Assembly (NCBI GenBank): GCA_045159875.1
Contig: CP067995.1
Span: 2,464,001 to 2,528,000, forward strand
Length of the DNA stretch: 64,000 nucleotides
Source: a cyanobacterium endosymbiont of Rhopalodia gibba
GTDB taxonomy: Bacteria > Cyanobacteriota > Cyanobacteriia > Cyanobacteriales > Microcystaceae
Direction of reading: 5' to 3'
In this document: piece by piece, positions 58,181 to 64,000 of the stretch
Position numbering within the stretch: position 1 is the stretch's first letter
Layout: each line of letters begins with the position of its first letter
Notes under the pieces: generated by a model
Seen by the model: the letters and a program-made list of their open reading frames with translations, nothing else
Told to the model about the DNA's origin: nothing
The model's database searches: none
Made by a program: the position numbers and the translations under genes

Positions 58181-60262
58181 ATGTCTGTCCCTACTCCATC
58201 TTTACTCTCAACTAACTTTCCAATAACCGCCGTTATTGGACAAGAAGCTATCAAACTAGCCTTACTTTTAACTTCTGTTGATCCAGGGTTAGGAGGAGTC
58301 GTAATTGCCGGTCGTCGAGGGACAGCAAAATCGGTTTTAGCGAGGGGAATTCATGCTTTATTACCTCCGATTGAAAGGATTAAAAATAACCCCTTTAACT
58401 GCGAGCATAATAAACCCAGTGAATGGGACGACAACACCCAAGAACAATATCAAAATCTTGTTTTAAAAAATATTCCTACAGAAATTATACCAGCTCCTTT
58501 TATTCAAGTTCCTATTGGGATTACTGAAGATAGACTGTTAGGCTCAGTCAATGTAGAAGAGTCTGTGAAAAAAGGAGAAGCAGTCTTTCAACCTGGATTA
58601 TTAGCACAGGCACATCGTGGAGTTTTATATGTTGATGAAGTTAACTTACTCGATGATCAAATTTCCAATCAGATATTAACTGTTTTAACTGAAGGACGCA
58701 ATCAAATTGAACGTGAAGGCATTAGTTTTCAACATTCTTGTCGACCTTTATTAATTGCTACTTATAACCCCGAAGAAAGACCATTAAGACGACATTTATT
58801 AGACCGCATCGCGATCGCCATCTATGCGGATGATATCTTAACTTTAGATCAACGAGTCCAAGTAGTAGAACGAGCTATCGAGCATGCTAATTCACCTCAA
58901 GCCTTTATTAGCCAGTATAACGATGAAATAAACGATATTAAAACTGAGATTATTTTTGCACGAGAATGGTTAAAAGAGGTCAAAATTACTAAAGCTCAGA
59001 TTGCTTATTTAGTTGAAGAAGCTATCCGAGGAGCCGTAGAAGGACATCGCGCCGAACTCTTCGCCGTTCGAGTCGCTAAAGCAGCAGCAGCCATGGAAGG
59101 ACGTAATATTGTCACGCCAGAAAACCTGAAACGGGCAGTGGAATTGGTTATTGTACCTCGTTCCACAATAACACAGCCTTTTCCTGAAGATCAGCCAAAA
59201 CCCCCAGCACTACCTCCTCAACAAACTCAAGATGAGTCTAAGCAAAAAGAAACCCAAGAAGAAACCCAAGAAGAAACCCAAAAAGAAACCCAAAAAGAAA
59301 CCCAAAAAGAAACCCAAAAAGAAACCCAAAAAGAAACCCAAAAAGAAACCCAAGAAAATCCTCTAAATATTCCTGAAGAGTTCATTTTTGATGTAAAGGG
59401 GGTTATTCTTGATCCTAATGTTCTTTATTTTGCTCAAAGAGCTCAACAACAAGGAAATTCAGGGGCTCGTGGCTTCATTTTTTCTGAAGACAGGGGACGC
59501 TATATTAAACCCATGATTCTTAAAGGAAAAGTTAAACGCATTGCCGTCGATGCAACCTTACGGGCGGCGGCTCCCTATCAAAAATCTCGTCGTTTGCGTC
59601 ATCCTGCTCGTGGTGTCATCTTTGAAAAAGGGGATATTCGGTCAAAATACATGGCTAGAAGAGCCGGGGCATTGATTGTCTTTGTGGTAGATGCGTCAGG
59701 GTCGATGGCCTTGAACCGGATGCAGTCAGCTAAAGGTGCAGTGATGCGTCTGTTAACGGAAGCTTACAAGAACCGTGACCAAGTGGCGTTAGTTTCTTTC
59801 AGAGGAAAACAAGCAGATGTTTTATTACCTCCTACCCGTTCTGTTTCTTTGGCAAAACGACAGTTAGAAACTTTACCCTGTGGAGGTGGTTCACCTTTGG
59901 CACACGGTTTATCTCAAGCAGTTCATGTAGGAATGAATGCCAAGATGTCTGGGGATATTGGACAAATTGTCATTGTTGCGATTACTGACGGACGAGGTAA
60001 TATTCCTTTAGCGAAATCTTTAGGGAAATCTTTACCGGAAGGGGAAAAGCCAGACATTCAGACTGAACTATTAGAAATTGCAAAAAAAACTCGGGCTTTA
60101 GGTATGAAGTTGTTGATCATCGATACAGAAAAAAAATTTGTTTCTACAGGTTTTGGAAAAGAGTTAGCACAAACTGCAGGAGGAATTCACTATCTATTAC
60201 CCAGAGCAACAGATCACGCAATTGCACAGATGGCTAGAGAGGCGATCACGGACTTAAAATAG
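58181..60262 (+). CDS. chlD: magnesium chelatase subunit D
   Basis: N-terminal AAA-like domain ([30 protein letters not shown]), Pro-rich linker, vWA domain with DASGSM (MIDAS) and TDGRGN. Confidence 0.95.
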   Translation: MSVPTPSLLSTNFPITAVIGQEAIKLALLLTSVDPGLGGVVIAGRRGTAKSVLARGIHALLPPIERIKNNPFNCEHNKPSEWDDNTQEQYQNLVLKNIPTEIIPAPFIQVPIGITEDRLLGSVNVEESVKKGEAVFQPGLLAQAHRGVLYVDEVNLLDDQISNQILTVLTEGRNQIEREGISFQHSCRPLLIATYNPEERPLRRHLLDRIAIAIYADDILTLDQRVQVVERAIEHANSPQAFISQYNDEINDIKTEIIFAREWLKEVKITKAQIAYLVEEAIRGAVEGHRAELFAVRVAKAAAAMEGRNIVTPENLKRAVELVIVPRSTITQPFPEDQPKPPALPPQQTQDESKQKETQEETQEETQKETQKETQKETQKETQKETQKETQENPLNIPEEFIFDVKGVILDPNVLYFAQRAQQQGNSGARGFIFSEDRGRYIKPMILKGKVKRIAVDATLRAAAPYQKSRRLRHPARGVIFEKGDIRSKYMARRAGALIVFVVDASGSMALNRMQSAKGAVMRLLTEAYKNRDQVALVSFRGKQADVLLPPTRSVSLAKRQLETLPCGGGSPLAHGLSQAVHVGMNAKMSGDIGQIVIVAITDGRGNIPLAKSLGKSLPEGEKPDIQTELLEIAKKTRALGMKLLIIDTEKKFVSTGFGKELAQTAGGIHYLLPRATDHAIAQMAREAITDLK
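59249..59356 (+). repeat. 12-bp tandem repeat x9 in chlD encoding ETQ(K/E)
   Basis: GAAACCCAA(G/A)AA: two ETQE, six ETQK, one ETQE. Confidence 0.97.
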
Positions 60263-61957
60263 ATATAACCAAGGATAATACAAGTATCCCAATTATCACT
60301 AAAATTATTCCAATATTATTAATCCCAGCCTAGAATATAAAAACTTTTTAAAACCATCATTATATAATAGCATTGACATTAATATCTTATCAGTCTTGAT
60401 TTATATATCATATACTCCCTTATTTTGAAGGATTATGGTTAGTTTTAGTTAAAAGTTTCTAATTTCATAGAGATAAAATTCAAACTAAAATCTTGTCAGA
60501 TAAAAACTATCTATGAACTAATACAATATAAGTTTTCTCAAGACTTAATTTAACTAACAAAGACGAATTTAAAAACTTTATATAAAACTAACAAGAATGG
60601 TATCTGGGTTATAGTTTTGTTTTTATATAAGATTCAGGAAGACTATTCAACCAATCTTAATATTAATAAAGTCATGAAAAATAAAATTTTAAAACTTAGA
60701 CAAGAATATAAAAAACACTATAAGCTGAACTAGATAGTAAATTTATCAATCAATATATTTATCATTTTACTAATGTTCAGAAATGATACACTATTAATTT
60801 TGTTGTATAAAAATTTAACTTTTATAAAACAAAATGAGAAGCTAGACAAATTCCATCAAAACTACAAATGATAGATAAAAAATTATCGGATTCAATTTGA
60901 TATTTATCATAGGACGTTTTTTCTAAAAATATTTATTACTAATTTTGTTTACTTATCCATAACATAGATTGATATACCGGTGTATTTTTAACTAATTCAT
61001 ACAATAAAAATTGTCTGGTTCATGGGATAAAAAAGTAAAAATTAAAAGTGATTTAATTATTATTAATGGATGATATCCACCCTTTTTAGTAAAACTGATA
61101 ACAAAATATAAGTTAACATTTTTTTAAAAATTACTTACTCTAATAATTACGATATTTTTCCAAAAATAGCAATCTTAAACATTAGATAAATAATATAATA
61201 TTTATTATTTTAACTCAGTTAAGTGAACATATTTCTCTAAAATTGATTACCAGTCTCTTGCAGGAAATTATCCAAAATCAGTAGATAAATAATTTTATGT
61301 GATGTTTAGTAATCCGAATAAGAATAAATAATGCAATTACTGATCTTGTAGTTTGGATTAAAAGATCAATTTTTATAACAATAAATGTATGTTATGTTCG
61401 ATTGATAAGTGAGCATTAATCTCGTATGGAATATGGATTAAATTCAATGTATTAAATATTTTAAAGGGAAAATATAGGTACAATAAAAAAAATATTAAAC
61501 AATATATACTCAAAATATTAGCTTTGCAGCTAAATCAACAAAATAAAACTGTTCGATGTAACAAGACATACAGATTCGTCAAAAAGTCACTCAAAATACT
61601 GAATTTAATTCAGTCGATCAATTTTTAACTGCAAGTTTCTCAATAAACAATTTAGAAATAGCGAGATATTAAACTAATTTTTCAGAAAAAATACGTTAAT
61701 TGACAGACAATTTCTATATATTAGTACATTGACTCCATGTTTATTGACTGATACAATCAGATACTAATTATAAAGTTTGGTCAATTGCTAGAAGTAAAAT
61801 TTTGTCCTAAGTTGTTCTGAGTATTTTAAGAGCCAGCGGACACGTAGTGTCTTTAATGGTATATCCTACGTTAGATTATACGATTGAATTTCATCTGAAC
61901 AGGTAATCAGAAGAAAATATTACAATTACTCCAAAATCAGAAATAAAAACATTTAAT

Positions 61958-62250
61958 ATGACTAACCAAAATGATCAGGTTATCTTTTCGCAACCAGCAG
62001 GTATATTTAGTAATGATAATGCTCTTGATAACTTAAAAAACAGTATTGACAAGGCAACAAAATTTTCTGTAACTGATCTTCTGAATCTTATGATAACATA
62101 TCTTATTGAGGCAGTTTTTAATTCATCTTCATACAGGTAATAATATTATTATTTATCAATCGATTAAAAATTGTAAAAAATCAAGAAATAGACATTACTC
62201 TTATTGCTAAAATAGAAATTTTTATATTGCCTACTTAAAGATAAGATTGT
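61958..62250 (+). pseudogene. possible STAS/anti-sigma factor antagonist remnant
   Basis: VIFSQPAGIFSNDNA...FNSS loosely resembles the PSGIL...FMDSS pattern; early stop. Confidence 0.3.
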
Positions 62251-62419
62251 TTAAAACAAGATTGATTAAAGGCATAATAGCTTTTTTCTAATTAGGGAGA
62301 AAACCTAATCATCACAAACATGCAATATATTTGAATTAATAAGTAATGGCATCGTTTTAATTATAAAAGAACCAATCTGCTGTTAGATCAAATTTTTGAA
62401 AATGCAGTTTTTTTGAAAT

Positions 62420-62797
62420 TTATTTCCAATTCCAAGCGGCAATAACTAAACTTACCCATCCAACAATAAATGCAACCCCACCAATCGGAGTAATTGCCCC
62501 TAACCATTTAATTCCAGTTAAACTCAGGGTATAAAGACTTCCTGAAAAAATGAGTATTCCTATAAGAAATCCATATCCAGCCCATAACAAACTAGAAGGA
62601 TAATTTTGTTGGACAGTTAATAGTAACATAACCAACAACAAAGCTAGGGAATGATATATTTGATACTTAATTCCTGTTTCAAAAATATCTAAAGCGTGAT
62701 CATTTAGTCGATTTTTTAAAATATGACGAGCAAATGCGCCTCCGACCACTCCTAATCCTGCTAAGGCTGACCCAGCCATCATAAATACTTTAACCAT
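62420..62797 (-). CDS. DUF423 family membrane protein
   Basis: GAFARH, FETGIKYQIYH, IFSGSLY, LGAITPIGG. Confidence 0.9.
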   Translation of the reverse strand: MVKVFMMAGSALAGLGVVGGAFARHILKNRLNDHALDIFETGIKYQIYHSLALLLVMLLLTVQQNYPSSLLWAGYGFLIGILIFSGSLYTLSLTGIKWLGAITPIGGVAFIVGWVSLVIAAWNWK

Positions 62798-63521
62798 TTT
62801 CTTACTCTAAGCTCGCTTGTAACTACGGTTTAGCATTAAATTTTAATTAAGCACTTAATTCATTCTTAAGTTACTTTATTATATTGTTGTTTTTGTAATT
62901 TCCATTCAACAATTACAGCAGTCATCTCTAATGATAGCATTTCTAAAATGTAAAATCCTGGTAAAAGTTTGTCTCTTTCTAATAACCCTGTACCTAAAGT
63001 GAAAACCGGAGGATTAGAAACAACAATACTAATCATCAAAGCTGTTAAAGAGCGAATTCGCAATATTTCTATTAATCCTGCTCCATAGTAAGCAAAATAA
63101 AAAAACTTAATCTATAGAAGATGAGAGCACTCTAATAACTAACAATTAATTTAGTATAAATACTAAATTAACTTCTAGCAAAAGCTGAGTAGTCAGTTTT
63201 ATGCATAATCAAGAAAAATCACACTAAAGTCGTAAGTTTAAAAATATCAGAGATCTCTCCAAAAAAAACAAAATACACTAGGGTTGACTCAAAATATTGA
63301 ATACCAAAATTATTGATGACTCCAATAACTATAACAATGCACACAAATATCAGTAAAAGTTAAGTAATTTTACTAATATCAATCTTTATATTAATTTATG
63401 TTAAGAGTTACTGAGAATTTTCCTAACTCATAAAACTAAAACTGAATCCCTATCTTAGTGACGAAACTTCATTCTTCATTGAGAAATATCTAACAAAATT
63501 TAAAATAATGAGGAAAATACT

Positions 63522-64000
63522 ACGATAAATAGCCATGCAGCTTATGAACTATATCAATAATTAAAATCTTTTGGATATAATCCAGAGGTGTTAGAAGACG
63601 AAGATATTGAAATTAAGATTCAATGCTGTGGCATGTGTCATGGTCATATAGGTACATTAAATAATGACTGAAAACCGACTTAGTATCCTTTTGTTCCTGA
63701 GCATGAAGTAGTAGAAACCATTGAAGCAGTCGAAGACAAAGTAACTATTCCAAAAATTAGGCAGCCAATAGGACTTGGTTAGTTTTTGAGTTTGTGTTTT
63801 ATTTGTGTTGTGTTTGTCGAAAGCTAAAAATCTTTCCCATCACACTTTAGTTATTTTTTTGCCCTATGAGATTAACCGAGAAACGGCTGAATTTCAAGTT
63901 TACGGCGGAATTACAGTTTTCAACTGTATTATTCAATGCAGCCCTAAATCTAATGATATCGTTCGGGGATTAAGTTATATGTCTATTGAATGTCTCCACA
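63522..64000 (+). pseudogene. adhA: zinc-dependent NADPH alcohol dehydrogenase (AdhA/Ahr type) pseudogene, runs off the window
   Basis: GAGG then ACG (decayed ATG): INSHAAYELYQ*LKSFGYNPEVLEDEDIEIKIQCCGMCHGHIGTLNND*KPT*YPFVPEHEVVETIEAV...IGLG*; CGxCH retained, GHE degraded to EHE, four or more stops. Confidence 0.8.

Noticed and set aside
59249..59356. Repeat array as a possible CRISPR
   Set aside because: 12-bp head-to-tail units without spacers, in frame inside chlD; no cas genes or repeat-spacer array seen in the window
62866..63063. 65-aa minus-strand ORF upstream of DUF423
   Set aside because: No canonical start or recognisable family; probably a fragment of a decayed membrane-protein gene, but unsupported

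Overview
AT-rich cyanobacterial DNA with only about half of the window in intact genes (31 intact CDS, about 31 kb by my tally). The rest is AT-rich spacer containing recognisable decayed genes. The proteins look like those of unicellular Chroococcales (Crocosphaera/Rippkaea-like). The erosion pattern suggests a genome-reducing, probably non-photosynthetic endosymbiont such as a rhopalodiacean diatom spheroid body; this is inference, not proof. Intact genes: UDP-glucuronate decarboxylase, ugd, HAD phosphatase, M23 peptidase, a small Pmp3/YqaE protein missing from the ORF track, asd-dapA-rnj, tig-clpP-clpX, 5-formyl-THF cyclo-ligase, holA, DUF1868, a C5 DNA methyltransferase, xth, ctpA, a GT39 glycosyltransferase, crtP-crtB, ispE, GNAT-ruvX, pepP, DUF2605, LptF/G, an SDR, ilvC, tRNA-Thr(UGU), chlD and DUF423. 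Pseudogenes readable by hand translation: alpha/beta hydrolase, ccmS, M16 peptidase, cruF-cruG, IS630 transposase, DUF2973, Uma2 and adhA. Most notable non-gene signals: (1) a GC-rich, multi-helix putative RNA immediately 5' of tRNA-Thr that has resisted AT drift; (2) several unrelated perfect 21-26 bp hairpins with 4-nt loops inside dead DNA; (3) HIP1 sites apparently decaying by C-to-T changes while a putative HIP1 methyltransferase survives; (4) an (ETQK/E)x9 tandem repeat in the ChlD linker. All family assignments are from recognition of motifs, not database searches, and pseudogene boundaries are approximate.
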